A DNA stretch of 64,000 nucleotides, from the NCBI RefSeq assembly GCF_006345805.1, contig NC_043002.1, forward strand, positions 61,194,001 to 61,258,000, in the 5' to 3' direction. Below are positions 1 through 13,244 of the stretch, piece by piece. A program made the position numbers and the translations under genes. Origin of the DNA: Octopus sinensis (taxonomy: Eukaryota). The stretch's first letter is position 1, and each line of letters begins with the position of its first letter. The notes under the pieces were generated by a model. The model ran no database searches. It saw only the letters and a program-made list of their open reading frames with translations, and was not told the origin of the DNA.

Positions 1-386
1 TTATTTCCACTTTCCTGTTATTAAATCTTAAATACTGAAAGATATCTGGAGATATCAACAACTTACAGAAACATTTCGAAATCTTATCCGATTTAGCTTA
101 TAGAAGATAATGAAATTCAGTGCTACAAAATTGCAAATGTTCTATCATCAAATGAAAACACAGCACCTAGGAAGGGGGAACTATAGACAATGGTTTTCTT
201 AGGGTCAAAATATATCAATAATTTTGTAATTAGAATTAGAAGAGTAGAATAAATATAATCACCTATTATGTGTAATGGAATGTTTGCCGTCATATGATAG
301 GCGACTTTTTAAGTATACTTTTGTTATCAGAATCATGTAATGAAATGTAACATTCATGTGTCATTATCAAATATGCACTTTCCAGA

Positions 387-711
387 GTGAAGGCGCATGG
401 CTAGGTGGTTAGAGCGTCGTGTTTGCGATCGTGAGGTTGTGAGTTCGAATCCCGGACCGGGCTGCGTATTGTGTTCTTGAGCAAGACACTTTATTTCACG
501 TTGCTCCAGTTTACTCAGCTGTCGTCACAGGTATCAAGCTGTATCGGCTGTTGCCTTTCCCTTGGATAATACTGGTGACGTGGAGACGGGCGGCCGGTAT
601 GCATGGGCGACTGCTGGTCTTCCATAAACGACCTTGCCCGGACTTGTGCCTGGGTGGGTAACTTTCCAGGTGCAATCCTATGGTCAGTCATGACCGAAGG
701 CAGTCTCAGCA
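387..711 (+). mobile_element. tRNA-derived SINE with CORE-like central domain, full length with target-site duplication
   Basis: A-box-like TGGCTAGGTGG and B-box GTTCGAATCC, then TGTGTTCTTGAGCAAGACACTT (MIR/CORE-like). The 10-bp direct repeat ACTTTCCAGA flanks it at 377-386 and 712-721. A diverged copy lies at ~62725-62990. Confidence 0.85.
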
Positions 712-1167
712 ACTTTCCAGAAAGTTGTCATTGTCTGCCATTAAGGTTCATGGCATACTCATCCTGTGATTAATCGAACTTTCTCTGTAGATTTATTTCT
801 CTTAGGTAAGCTAAGCCTAATGTCATCACCGTTGTTTGGAATCACTTTATCATCTGACATGTGCCACACCGTGCATCTTCGCACGCAATGGATATTATTG
901 GAAGGAGCAGAAGCATTTATTCCTTCAGCAGAATCATTTTATCCATCAGAAAAAATAAATATCTGTCTATGTTGATCAACGAATCGGCTGGGCAAAACAA
1001 TCTTGAGTTACCAATCTGGGAACCCTGATCTATCGTTTACCACAACAGAGATCGCCATAAATTCTTTAACTCTTACATTCTCTCCCGCTCTCTATGTAAA
1101 AATGAGTGATTGGAAAAATGACAAAACTCACAGGCAGAAATTTGTATCGGCTAATATTATTATCATT

Positions 1168-1702
1168 ATTGAGTGAGAGAGTAGTGCATGCCATCATAAT
1201 AACACTGGGTTATAATATACGAGCCAGTATACCCAACATCACTACCCGTCTGATAAGAGTACACCAGGCACATGCATCACAACTATATGTGAGTGACATG
1301 AAGATCTTATATTAAGATAAACAGCGTATGATCTTGCAGTTACAATTTTCTTCAGATCGAGTAGTCCATCCCGCTCAAAAGGTTCTTGAATAAGGGTTGT
1401 TTACGGATGATGAACAAATCACCCATGTTACGAAAGGGGAATTATCTAAACCCCCAAAGAATTACTCTTAACACATGGCTATAATGCTCCCCCACTAATT
1501 CTGCTCGCGATTAGTGATTCTCATATCGTTAGCCATTAAGGCACATGCTGAACTGGTTAAGGTCAAGCAACTGCCGAGTACATTTGTGGTATTGCGCAGA
1601 ATAGTCGCTGTAGCCCATCTTTTATACCAAGATAAAATAATATACATGACAACACGTCCAATCAGTTATGAGAGGCAATGTCTGGTACTGCATCAGTGCA
1701 TT
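1168..1702 (-). mobile_element. Non-coding retroposon segment ('family B'; LINE 3'UTR-like, (TAA)n-associated)
   Basis: The reverse complement matches 51125-51612 and 52705-53160. Bounded by TTA-rich tracts on both sides. Confidence 0.75.
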
Positions 1703-1736
1703 TATTATTATTATATTTCTTCTTCTTCTTCTTCTT

Positions 1737-1799
<63 letters not shown>

Positions 1800-1828
1800 G
1801 TTATTGTTATTATTATTATTATTATTAT
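1703..1828. repeat. Compound (TTC)n/(TTA)n microsatellite
   Basis: Directly visible. Confidence 0.95.
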
Positions 1829-2162
1829 TTTCCTTCTTTCTTCAAATTTTCTTCCATTTCTCACTGAGTGTATTCCGTACACCTAGGGCACAGAAGCTCA
1901 TTGTACGCATTCCCAGATTACACACGCAAATTCACAGGTAAAATATGTATTTAAAAAAGTTAACAAATAAATAAATTCATGAATGGATGTTGGTTTCACA
2001 GCGAAAATGCTCTTCTCAGTACATGAATCGTTCCAGTTAACACGATTTTTTTCACTTCCTGTAGGAGTAAGCCTGGTAACATTTTCAAATAGGTTTCAGT
2101 ACCTTTTTTAATCCTTACTACAGATCCTACAATCACTGAACTGTGGTCGCTTTGAGATGCCA

Positions 2163-2182
2163 CATTATTATTATTATCTTTC

Positions 2183-2264
<82 letters not shown>

Positions 2265-2410
2265 CATCATCATAGAATAGCGCATGCCATCAAAGTGATA
2301 TTGGAGTGCAAATATACGAAGTCTGATATGCCCATCATGAACAACACATCTGTTAAGGCTTTCGCCCAGCATGCATCAGAGCCATATGTGCGCGACATGG
2401 TGATCTTAAG
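2163..2410 (-). repeat. (TTA)n tract plus 3' fragment of family B retroposon
   Basis: (TTA)n at 2163-2262. 2273-2410 resembles 1175-1320 (GCATGCCATCAAAGTGA...ATATGTGCGCGACATGGTGATCT). Confidence 0.7.
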
Positions 2411-2589
2411 AGATAATGCTCTCATTTATGAGCACAAACACAAGCACGCACACATATATTTACCGCTCCATAGAGGGTGTGATAAGTTTGAAGCCACTTT
2501 ATATAGTGTGAGGAAACTACGGAATAGTAGTTTCCTCGTTCACTCGATGGAGAATAGATCGGGCCGTCGCCGAGCGGTGGTTCATTATC

Positions 2590-2734
2590 TAGGTGTAGGA
2601 GGGTGTGTGGAATGTAGCTTGCTTACGAACCACATGGTCCCGGGTTCGGTCCCACTGCGTGGCACCTTGGGTCGACCAAAGCCTTGTGAGTGGATTTAGT
2701 AGACGGAAACTGAAAGACGCCTGTCGTACATATG

Positions 2735-2793
<59 letters not shown>

Positions 2794-3000
2794 TGCACAT
2801 GTTTGTGTTTCTGTGTTTATCCCCGCAACATCGCTTGACAGCAAATGCTGGTGTTTTTACGTTCCCGTAACTTAGCGGTTCGGCAAAAGAGACCGATAGA
2901 ATAATTACTCGGCGTACAAAGAATATGTCGTGGGGTTGAAGTGCTCGAGTAAAGGTGGTGTTCCAGCATGGCCTCAGTCAAATGACTGAAACAAGTAAAA
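2590..3000 (+). mobile_element. tRNA-derived SINE with internal (TA)n(TG)n and CR1-like 3' tail
   Basis: Head CCACATGGTCCCGGGTTCGGTCCCACTGCGTGGCACCTTGGG; tail CAGCATGGCCTCAGTCAAATGACTGAAACAAGTAAAA. Other copies or fragments at ~11800-11957, 26165-26290, 27570-27720, 29695-30000, 38705-38890, 40525-40695, 41185-41260 and 60155-60555. Confidence 0.85.
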
Positions 3001-3734
3001 CTGAGTATATTCGTGCAATCTACTCCACATGTTTACACATTTATGAATAAGGGTGTTATTTTTCACTATTTTGTAACATATTTCATGCAAATTGTTTAGG
3101 TAACCCTTCTGATTGAAAATAGAAAGATATATTAATAATTGAACACATTTTCACCGCAAGCATTCTACGAATATAAAGTTATATTCTTAAAATAATCTTA
3201 AATATTATCACAAGTTTACAGGTAAAAAAAACAAACAAAAACGCATATATTTAACAAACATATGCATGTTCAGATACACAGACATATGCACAGACTGATA
3301 CGCAAGCGCAAAGAGACGAACACAAAAACGCCTAAAACCATATATGTATATTAATGGGTGAATCAGTATGTGTGTGTATACCTGTGTGTGTGTGTGTGGG
3401 CGTGTGTCGTTTGTGAGTGCATCTGTATGTGCGTTTATGTGTTGTGTGTATGCTTGGAGCTTTCTGGGTTCTTTGTGAAATAATTGCAATAAAATTATCA
3501 TAAATCTCAGCCCTTAAATTTACTTAAATGTTTCGTTTATTTCTTCCTGGCAATTTATATATTATTTATTTAAATTATAGATACTCTTTCGTTCTATCCC
3601 CTTCTCTCCATCTTTCTCTCTCCTTCTCTCCCTCTCTCTCACACACACACATACATACAGACGCGCACACACATTCACAGACATGCAAATAGGTGTATAT
3701 ATCAGATTGTGGTCCTTAGGTCAGAAAAAGCATT

Positions 3735-3885
3735 ACTTACATTATTTACATTTGACGGATATTTGTCCTTATCTTGTTTGTTGTTAACACAACGTTTCGG
3801 CTGATATACACTCCATCATTCATCAGGTGTCTTGGGGAAATTTCGCATCTGGATTCTCATTCCTAAGGTATTTTTCAATATTATT
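3735..3885 (-). mobile_element. Penelope-like non-autonomous repeat end containing a hammerhead motif
   Basis: Same family as 21667-21795 (+) and 39010-39200. Contains CTGATGA...GAAACGTT on the minus strand. Confidence 0.7.
3786..3831 (-). ncRNA. Minimal type I hammerhead ribozyme motif (stem II partly decayed)
   Basis: Minus strand reads GACAC-CTGATGA-A-TGATG..CAGCC-GAAA-CG-TT-GTGTT. Stem I is GACAC/GTGTT; palindromic ACGT forms stem III. Confidence 0.6.
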
Positions 3886-3996
3886 ATTATCCTTAATGTT
3901 GTTGTTATTGTTGTTACTACTACTACTACTACTACTATACTACTACTACTACTACTACTACTACAACAACTACTACTACACTACAACACAACAACA

Positions 3997-4070
<74 letters not shown>

Positions 4071-4077
4071 AACAACA

Positions 4078-4120
<43 letters not shown>

Positions 4121-4137
4121 TTATTATTATTATTATT
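3880..4137. repeat. Compound (CTA)n/(CAA)n/(TTA)n microsatellite
   Basis: Directly visible; forms the 3' flank of the adjacent Dong/R4 element. Confidence 0.95.
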
Positions 4138-5088
4138 CAGTAGTTTTATTCTTATAGCGTGCTTTTACTTCACTACCGAGCGCAGCTCTGTGTGCCTTGG
4201 GTATGTGCTGTGGTTTGTTGAGATTCTCTGATTGGTTATTGTATTGAAAGTGTTTTGTGTAGGATGTGTGCAGTGCCCAGTAGTGTGATTTCTGTATGTT
4301 GTATATATTTGTATGTCCTGGTGTTTTTGTTAGGTATGTGTCGGAATATCTTTTTATCATACCTAATGTGCCTACTATTCGAGTTACCTCTATTTCCAGG
4401 TCTTTGTATTTTGAAAGTTTCCCATTTCTTTTCGAGAAACGTTGTCATTCTGCTGGTATTGATACATCAATTAGAAAGCATTTTTTTTCATGATCTCTGA
4501 CAACAATATCTGGCCTGCTGGCCTTAATTTCTCTATCTGTGTGTATTGGCATATCCCAGAGTTTGGTTTCTTTCGCATTTTCTGTGACCGTTTCTGGTGT
4601 GTGCCTATACCATCTTTTTTTCTAATGTTATTCCACTGGCATAGCTTCCAGTGTATGTAGGTCCCAACTCTGTCGTGTCTGTGAGTATATTCCTTCTTAG
4701 CCAGGACTGGGCAGCCAGAGATAATGTGATTTATTGTTTCTTGTCCATCTCCACATATTCTGCAGTTACTTGTTATGTTCTTTTTCCTTATATATTTTTG
4801 GTAATTTCTGGTGGGGAGGTTTTGGTCTTGTGCTGTAATTAATAATCCCTCCGTCTCTGCCTGGAGTTCTAAGGTTCTCAACCATTGCTGGGATTTTTCT
4901 CTGTCTATTTCTTTTGCATTTAGTTTACTCCAGTATTTGCCATGAAGGGGCTTTTCTTGCTATCGTTTTATTATGGTCCGTTGCTGTTCTAGTTTTAGTT
5001 TGGATTTCATTTGTTTTATAGCTTTTGTTTCTTCTTCTTCTTCTTCTTCTTCTTCTCTTCTTCTTCTTCTTCTTCTTCTTCTTCTTCT
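4138..5088 (-). mobile_element. 5'-truncated Dong/R4-clade (RLE-type) non-LTR retrotransposon, frameshifted
   Basis: ORF 4471-4881 has ETEGLLITAQDQ, the CCHC knuckle CRICG..ETINHIISGC and RHD. Same family as 51664-52636. The 3' end abuts (TAA)n and the 5' end lies in (GAA)n. Confidence 0.88.
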
Positions 5089-5554
5089 TGACTCTTAAAT
5101 TTCATCGAATTAAACACACTCTCTCCAGCACAATATCTCATAAATCCCCTTATGTTTATATTGAGGATCATGGTATGACATGACAGCCAAGTATATGATA
5201 AAGGGAAAGGGTTCATCAAAGTTTCCCTGTCCTAAAGAAAGTGTAACCCATGAAGTTTAGTCTGTTTATTCGACATCACAATCTTTCAAAATATTCGCAA
5301 AATTTTGAGTGCAACCATATTTATACAAAACCAGTCACGAGAAATTCTCATTCATTGAATTCCTTACTGAGACAAAAAGAAAAGAAAAAACAATCGTAGA
5401 GCGCGCGGCTCTCTTTGAAATGTTTTGCTACATTTGTCTAATTGCGAAGACCATATCGGTAGTGCCTCTTTCCGCACGAAAATTTCATTATAACTGTAAT
5501 ACGACTCTTGGCACTGTAAACTTCTTAAGCCGCACCTATAAGACGAGTTAGAAC

Positions 5555-6000
5555 CTTACCGAATACAAACAATAGAGGAATGATTCTAAAAGTTCCACAA
5601 TATTTCTGACAGCCAGATTAGAAAAACAGTGACCATAAGAGTATCAACTTATTTTTGTGGTACGTCGTCCCACCTCCACCAGTGGGATATTGCAGTGTAC
5701 AGTAGTGTTGCAATTTTCTCACCGCTATGCTTGACTATATCAACATTAATACCAGCCAGATCAGAAGATTTATTTTTATTTACTTTTTGTTCAGCAGAAA
5801 TGTCATTTCCAGTTGTTTATGACGGTATTTCATCTCCAAATGGGTAAATGTACATTGATTGAATACTATTTATGTTTACATTAGAGGGCTCGATAAGGAG
5901 CTTAGAGAAGTGTCTACCCGAAGATTCTGAATGGGAAAAAATATCCCCCAAGAGCGACTGACCATCTGCAGTTCTTTCAAGCAGTATTGAAGAATACTGT
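5555..6000 (-). mobile_element. Degenerate RTE-clade LINE fragment (linker and RT N-terminus)
   Basis: Manual translation: ADGQSLLGD..GRHFSKLLIEPSNV..NKSSDLAGINVDIVKHSGEKIATLLYTAISHWWRWDDVPQK*VDTLMVTVF..IPLLFVFGKVLT; contains stops. Confidence 0.7.
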
Positions 6001-7154
6001 GGGCCAAACTTCACTTCAGACAGAATACAACTCCATTTGTGCACACGATGATCAGCCAGACATATAGAGATAAAAAATAATTGGTCAATAACGAAAACAA
6101 AATAAGTAAACATAGAATAATTTTATTTTCCATGTGTAGTTTCGATGGATTCTTGTCTTGTCTACACTAAATAAAGAAAAACAAACATGGAGCTGCATAA
6201 CAGTTTAAAATTGAGAATGAACAAAATATACAAAACACAAAGAAAATTTTGTGGCATGTAAGCAAAGAAATTAATAAATAAATAAATACTTTCCAGGAAA
6301 TAAATCTTTAAAAATAATCAACAACACAACAACGACACACTATATGCAGAAAATATCAAACAAAGAGAGGGTGACACTAACAAGCTGGTGTGTATACAAT
6401 GTATATATATATATATATAATATATATATGCGTGTGTGTATTCACATAGATATATATGCATTCTTGTACACATACATATGTGTACATGTATATATATATA
6501 TATATTGAGATATATTTGTATATATGTATATATATATATATATTAATGTGTCTATATGTGTGTGTATGCATACCTATAAAATGATAGACATTATGTGATA
6601 TATATATATATAATATATATATATATTATATATATATATATATACTCATGTAATATATGTGTATATGCATACATACTTATGTGAGTATGCATGTATATAT
6701 ATGTGTGTGTGAGTGTGTGTAATATATGTATGCATGTATTTATATATGTATGCATATATGTACGTATGAATGTATGTATGTATGCATGCATGCATATATG
6801 CTTGTATATATATGTATAAGAACATATGGATGAATATATGTACGTATATACTTTTAGAAAGTTTTGCGAAAGTGTCAAAATTATTTTTGAAATTGGTGAC
6901 GAGCAAAAGTCGATAATTTTAATCTTTAAAAAGCAATTTTGATGGCCATTCGAAAATGAAGGTGGTAATGATGTTTTATTTCTTCCTTTTGTTTTGATTT
7001 TCTATTATAGATTTTATATCTAATGCTTTTTATGTTTTCAATAGCGTCATACTTATTGATGTTCTTAATGTATGTTTATTGTTACCCTTTAAGTTTTTAA
7101 CCATTTTTATATTTTTTATTCTACATGTATTTACGTATACACACACATATATAG

Positions 7155-7192
<38 letters not shown>

Positions 7193-7565
7193 ATATATAT
7201 ATATGTATATATAAGTACTATGTATTTATGTAAGTATGTTTGTGTGATCAAGTATCTGTGTACACACATAAATGTGCATCTGATTTGTGTGTCTGTCTGT
7301 TTGTCTAGATTTATTCTTGCCTAGAACGATATCAACAAACGTAAATTCCATTTTAATGATTTGTGTCAATTAAAGAATTTTGTCAGAAAAATTTTTCAGG
7401 AGATGTGAATTTCAAATAATTTTTCACTTCCATCAGAATTGGCAATAGAATATTGAATTAGGAATGCGTGTGCGAGTGTGGGTGCGCGCGTGCGCGTATT
7501 TATATATATAAATATATATATATTTCCATTCGGATTTATGTATATAACTATTTGTATAGATATAC

Positions 7566-7616
<51 letters not shown>

Positions 7617-8264
7617 CATTCATTGAGGTGCATGTATATACGTATAGATATATATAATTTATGTATTCGATTAGTGTATTCTTGGTAATGGCAATATAGG
7701 GTCAATGATTTACGATTGGTTTTTGCCTCTTCTGTGCCACTAGGCAATATATATACGACTTATCAGATCTGCTGCCCAGAAGCACTTGGTCACTTATGTA
7801 TGTATATACATATATAATTATATATATGCATCCATGTACATGTATATATATATATATATGTACACATAGAGAGTGAGGGAGAGGCAGAGATAAACATACA
7901 TACATATACTGGCTTCAAATTTTTGCAGAAGGTCAGTGATATCGTTGGAGGGTGTTAGTCGGTTTCGTCAACCATAATGTTCAAATTGTACTTATTTTAT
8001 CGACTTCAAAGGAATGAAAGGCAACATTGACATCCGCATGATTTGAACTTAAAACGTAGAGACGGAGAAAATGCCGCAAACCATCTTTCCCGCGGTGTTA
8101 ACGATGACACCAGCTCACTGCGTCACACGCCTATGCGCATATAGTAATATATTGTATGTTCGAATAAAAATACTTTCATATTAAATTGTAGGATAACTCT
8201 ATACATTAAATTGAGTACAGATTTATTATTCTTAACGAGCATAGTATTGATTGTGAGATCGAAG

Positions 8265-8570
8265 TTTCTTTTTTCTTTACTGCCCACAAGGGGCTACACA
8301 CAGAGTGGACAAACAAGGACAGACAAACAGATTAAGTCGATTATATCGAACCCAGTGCGTAACTGGTACTTATTTAATCGACCCCGAAATTGTGAAAGGC
8401 AAAGTCGACCTCGGCGGAATTTGAACTTAGAAAGTAGCGGCAGACGAAATGCCGCTAAGCATTTCGCCCAGCGTGCTAACGTTTCTGTCAGTTCACCACA
8501 TTCGGCAGATGAAATACCGCTAAGCATTTCACGCGGCGTGGTAAAGCTTCTGCCATCTCACTGCCTTGAG
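8265..8570 (-). mobile_element. tRNA-derived SINE with Nin-like domain
   Basis: Minus strand carries GAAATGCTTAGCGGCATTTCGTCTG..AAGTTCAAATTCCGCCGAGGTCGACTTTGCCTTTC..GGGGTCGATTAAATAAGTACC. Other copies at ~7915-8120, 13965-14130, 16535-16700, 20143-20335, 25965-26160, 32405-32802, 60650-60865 and 60903-61230. Confidence 0.8.
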
Positions 8571-8875
8571 ATAGAAGTTTCTACCAGCCTATACATTATT
8601 GGATTGTAAATCATTTGAATTCATCTGGATGTTATATAATCTGTTAAATTAAAACTTTCCTAGGGAAAGCCGTTTTCTGCCGAATAATAATTAGGCCGGC
8701 TTTTAGGTTTTGATGGCAAGATATTATCGGGATTATTTATTGATTAAATTTGAAGTTTTCTGAAGTCATAAATATACTCATGCATGTAGAACTTAGTAAT
8801 CAGCCATGTTTATTTAGGTGTATTATCTTTAGGTCATACGGTCCCAGGAAAAATATAATTCGGCGATATACATAC

Positions 8876-8926
<51 letters not shown>

Positions 8927-9339
8927 CACACACAGACCAGACACATTTTTCATATTGAGACAGAAGATAAAATGTTTTTACACCTAATTTTACACCAAAT
9001 GTTTTATTAATATTTGGTAAGATGTGATTCATCATAGAAACGGGTAATATTGAATATTTTTTGTATACCTTTTAATCATATTGTTAGATTATTTCTGAAT
9101 TGAAATGTCTTAAATTTACTTCTATAATATTCCAACTCCACCTGATATATATATTTCTGTCCATTACCTTCCTAAAGACAACACGTGCTTATACAGTCTG
9201 CTTTCATAAACTCGTCTTTCTAGCGTTCATATTTATTTTTCTATCGTCTTGGCTTATCTGCCCTCACCGTTTGTTTTTACTGTTTTGTTCTCACTGCCCT
9301 ATTCTTGTCACCCCTCTCACCCTCCGCAAAACATCCCAA

Positions 9340-9575
9340 ATTTTATTTACTTTACTTTGAGGGAAGGACTGTTTCATCGAAGTTGCGTATTGTCCTTGCC
9401 TTTGTAAAACGCGGAGTAGATGAAGCACGGAAACTGATGAAGGGCAATGTTCTTTATGTTGCATGTCTCGTTTCTCTGTTTGTCTTTTTCGTTGTTCGAA
9501 AAAAAGTTCGTTTCTTGTTTTTGTTTTTATGTTTTCGTTTCTCATTGTGTTCAACGACTTTTATGTCCTGCACCC
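9340..9575 (+). repeat. Interspersed non-coding repeat (second copy inverted at ~17245-17480)
   Basis: GGGAAGGACTGTTT..GGAGTAGAT..TGTCTCGTTTCTCT..TTTCGTTGTTCGAAAAAAAGTT is shared with the reverse complement of 17245-17480. Confidence 0.7.
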
Positions 9576-9605
9576 ATATATGCATGTATATATATATATA
9601 TATAT

Positions 9606-9640
<35 letters not shown>

Positions 9641-9815
9641 TATGTACATGTATGTGCGTATATATCCATATATTTATATATTATTTATATTATTATATGA
9701 TCGAATGCCACGCATCCTTTTCCAAGTAAGTTTTATATATATATATATCGAAGACACACGAAAAGATGTTTATATCTATATTTCCTAGTTATGTTCGTAC
9801 TGATGAATGGCGAGG

Positions 9816-9895
9816 ATACTGTACATGATAATCATTGATAATATACGACTACACCATACTGTACATGAAATCATCGATAATATACGACTACACCA
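9816..9895. repeat. Tandem duplication of ~40 bp
   Basis: ATACTGTACATGA(T)AATCAT(T/C)GATAATATACGACTACACC occurs twice. Confidence 0.85.
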
Positions 9896-10234
9896 TTTTT
9901 GAAGGAATTTCACCTATGTTCATTTCGCATAACCTAGCATATAGAAAAATTTGAAAATTCAGATTTTTCTAAATAGGCTACTGGTTTTAAATTGATGTTA
10001 ATTAAATTAATATTCAATTTATCACCCTCATTATTTAAATATTAAATATTTATATTCTCTAACCGGCAATATATTTACTGCAGTGAATAATCTACTGCGG
10101 AACAGTTTCCGGGATTTAGCTCGCCAGAACTTAGACATTTGAAAGTAACACCAATGTTATCAGTAGAACTATACACACGTCTAATTTCATGAGACAAGTC
10201 GTATATAGTTCTATAAATTATATTGAATTGGAAC

Positions 10235-10305
10235 GATCGTTCTGAAGAGTCCACGGACGATGATTGCGTAAGTAAAATCGTTAATGACGAAATCGGTCTA
10301 TGATT
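10235..10305 (+). ncRNA. Hammerhead ribozyme-like motif with extended stem II
   Basis: GATCGTT-CTGAAGA-GTC..GATGATT..AATCGTT..GAC-GAAA-TCGG-TC-TATGATT. Core and GUC site are present; stems I and III are slightly mutated. Confidence 0.55.
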
Positions 10306-10446
10306 AATTCTGAATTTTGTATATTTTCATCTGTCTTACCCGCTTATGTTCTAGTGTTTGCTGAATTCCTCTAGAGAATATTCTTTTCTTTATGGTAAGA
10401 TCGTATGTGATCTTCTTTTAGCATATTTGTAGCTATTATACGCATA

Positions 10447-10477
<31 letters not shown>

Positions 10478-10515
10478 CGTATTATACATATATATATTAT
10501 ATATATATATATATA

Positions 10516-10552
<37 letters not shown>

Positions 10553-10557
10553 GTATT

Positions 10558-10657
10558 NNNNNNNNNNNNNNNNNNNNNNNNNNNNNNNNNNNNNNNNNNN
10601 NNNNNNNNNNNNNNNNNNNNNNNNNNNNNNNNNNNNNNNNNNNNNNNNNNNNNNNNN
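10558..10657. other. Assembly gap (100 N)
   Basis: Run of N. Confidence 1.
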
Positions 10658-10978
10658 ATTAACAATATTAAACAATATTAAACGTTATTTAATTTAATCC
10701 TAAGGCTAATTAGACGTTTTTAATATTTAACGTTATTTAATTTAATCTTAAGGCTAATTAGAAGATAGAGTATCTGAAAAATTATTAACAATATTCAGAC
10801 AATATTAAACGTTATTTAATTTAATCTTAGGGCTAATTAACAATAATTATTAACAATATTAAACAATATTAAACGTTATTTAATTTAATCCTAAGGCTAA
10901 TTTGACGGTATCAATATTAAACGTTATTTAATTTAATCTTAAGGCTAATTAGAAGATAGAGTATCTGGAAAATTATTA
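10658..10978. repeat. AT-rich minisatellite, five copies of AACGTTATTTAATTTAATC(C/T)TA(A/G)GGCTAATT in a ~191-bp higher-order unit
   Basis: Core at ~10680, 10728, 10807, 10871 and 10919; abuts the gap. Confidence 0.85.
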
Positions 10979-11135
10979 TATCGGGAACAGTTATTGATAA
11001 TGTAAACAAAACAAAATGACGATCGCAACTTTAACTAAGATGTGGGCCTAAGTGAAAGATAAAATAGAATAATAAATAAAATATTAAATAAAATATGAAA
11101 TAGATGAAATTGATACTTAATCCACAATGTATATG

Positions 11136-11177
<42 letters not shown>

Positions 11178-11697
11178 TATGTATATATGTGTATATATAT
11201 GTATATATGTGTATATATATATATATGTATGTATATGTGTACATATGTTTGTGCCTATATGTATATACGTATGCGTGTGTAAGTGTATGTATATGAGTTT
11301 GTATATGTGTAAGTGTGCGTGTACACGTATAAGGATATATATATATGCATATATGTATATGTATATATATGTATATGTATATATGTATATATATATATAT
11401 ATTATATATATATATATATATTATATATATATATATATATATAAATATATATATCGTAGTTTCTTACATTTATTAAAATGTCTAATTGTTGAGCATTGTT
11501 GTTTAAATCCTCGTTGATGAGATTGATGCACAGCTCCTCATTGCTCATCCTGTCAGATTTATTTTGAATGCCCCTATCGAAATATATATTAATGATGTGA
11601 AGATATAAATGATTTAATAACATCTTGAGCGTTTGTCACCATTTTCAATTTTTCACATACACACACACACAAACGCTCACACACATTTATATATATA

Positions 11698-11750
<53 letters not shown>

Positions 11751-13244
11751 GCGTGTGTGTGTGTGTGTGTGTATGTGTGCGTGCGTGTGTATACATATGC
11801 ACAATGGCCCTCTTGCAATTTCCGTCTACCATATTCATCCATAAGGCTTTGGTTGATCCAAGTCTTCCGTAGAAGACTTTTGTCCAAGGTGCCACACAAC
11901 TAGACTGAATGCAGAAACGTTCTTGAGAAGCGAGTTTCTTACTGCGCATCCACACCTATCTATTAGAATTTCTATCAGCTCGTATTGCTACCTTATTTAA
12001 ATTCAATTCCATTGCTACACACATCTCCCTTACTTTCTTTGTTCCTATCTTAATTTACTTGCTTGACTTATATTTAATCCTATTTTCTTTCATACACAAA
12101 ATATTGATATTTTTAGTTTTTAACGCTCCTCCGTCTTTTTGTTTTGTTCCGTTTTCTTTCTGTTTTCCTTGTTTGTTATGATCGTTATGGACCTTTTCAC
12201 ATCTCTATTTTTCTACGTATTTCTCCCGAATAATTTTTTCAACATTTCCACCAATATTACTCTGTTAATAATTAATTCCTCATAATTATATTTTTATAGC
12301 CACCGATATTCTTAATGTCTCTTCAATTCTTCCCTTTTCTCTCTACTGTTACCTTGTTTTGGTTTATTTAATTTTATCTAACTTCATTCCAGTTGAACTA
12401 CTGACCCTTCCTCCAAAACTGTACCCCAGTATTTATGATTTCGATTTTGATTAATTTTCTATAGTTTATACATACCCTTCTCCATATTTATCCATCCCAA
12501 AAATCATTTGTATTATTCCCTATTTTGTTTATGACTTTGCAAAATTTCCCAGCATACCTGCCTTTTTAAAATCTCGTTATTTTTATTTTTCGATCATTAC
12601 AATAGTGCCTCACCTGCTACTTTATCTTCTATTCTTCAAATATTTTTTTCTTATTTTTTGTTTTGCTGTATCTCTCTCTTTTCTTTTCATTCTTTACTTC
12701 CTCTTTTGTTTTCTTTTCTAATATTCCTTTTCCTTTATCTTTTTATTCGTTCAGTTTTCTCCCTCTAAATTTTCCTCCTGTTCTTCTCATTACTCTCCTT
12801 TATTTGTCTAATCATTATCTTTCTAATACTCTTTTTTCTTTTTTTCCCTTCTTTCTTCCTAAATTCATTCCCCCTTTGGCCCTTATCAAACTTTCTCCCC
12901 ATCCTCATATCCTATGAAAAACACTGGGTATAAATACCTCAAAATCCATCAATATTCCACTCACAACGTCATGTAGATCCTGAGTAGCTAGAGGGGAAAA
13001 CTCAAAGGCTCCATGTAGCGAGAGAACGACTCAACGCAAATACAATATACAAAGCTCAACGAGGGTGTCGAGTACTTTTTTCCCCACAGTCAAACTGAAC
13101 AGAGACATATATATCTCAGTGGCACTCTGTCTATTACAACGACGAGGGATCCAGTTGATCCGAAATTAACGTGCAAGTGGCTGAGCACTCCACAGACACA
13201 TGTACCCTTAACGTAGTTCTGGGGGAGATATGTATATATATTAA

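Noticed and set aside
391-465. Functional tRNA gene (also at 57678 and 21523)
   Set aside because: These are SINE heads that run into repeat bodies, with no proper acceptor stem or terminator.
10658-10978. CRISPR-like array of ~31-bp repeats
   Set aside because: The spacers are themselves repeated and irregular, the context is eukaryotic, and there are no cas genes.
11990-12950. Pyrimidine-skewed region as a membrane-protein exon (ORF 12663-12917)
   Set aside because: The hydrophobicity comes from T/C bias. It may be a decayed retroelement ORF1 on the minus strand, but no diagnostic motif was seen.
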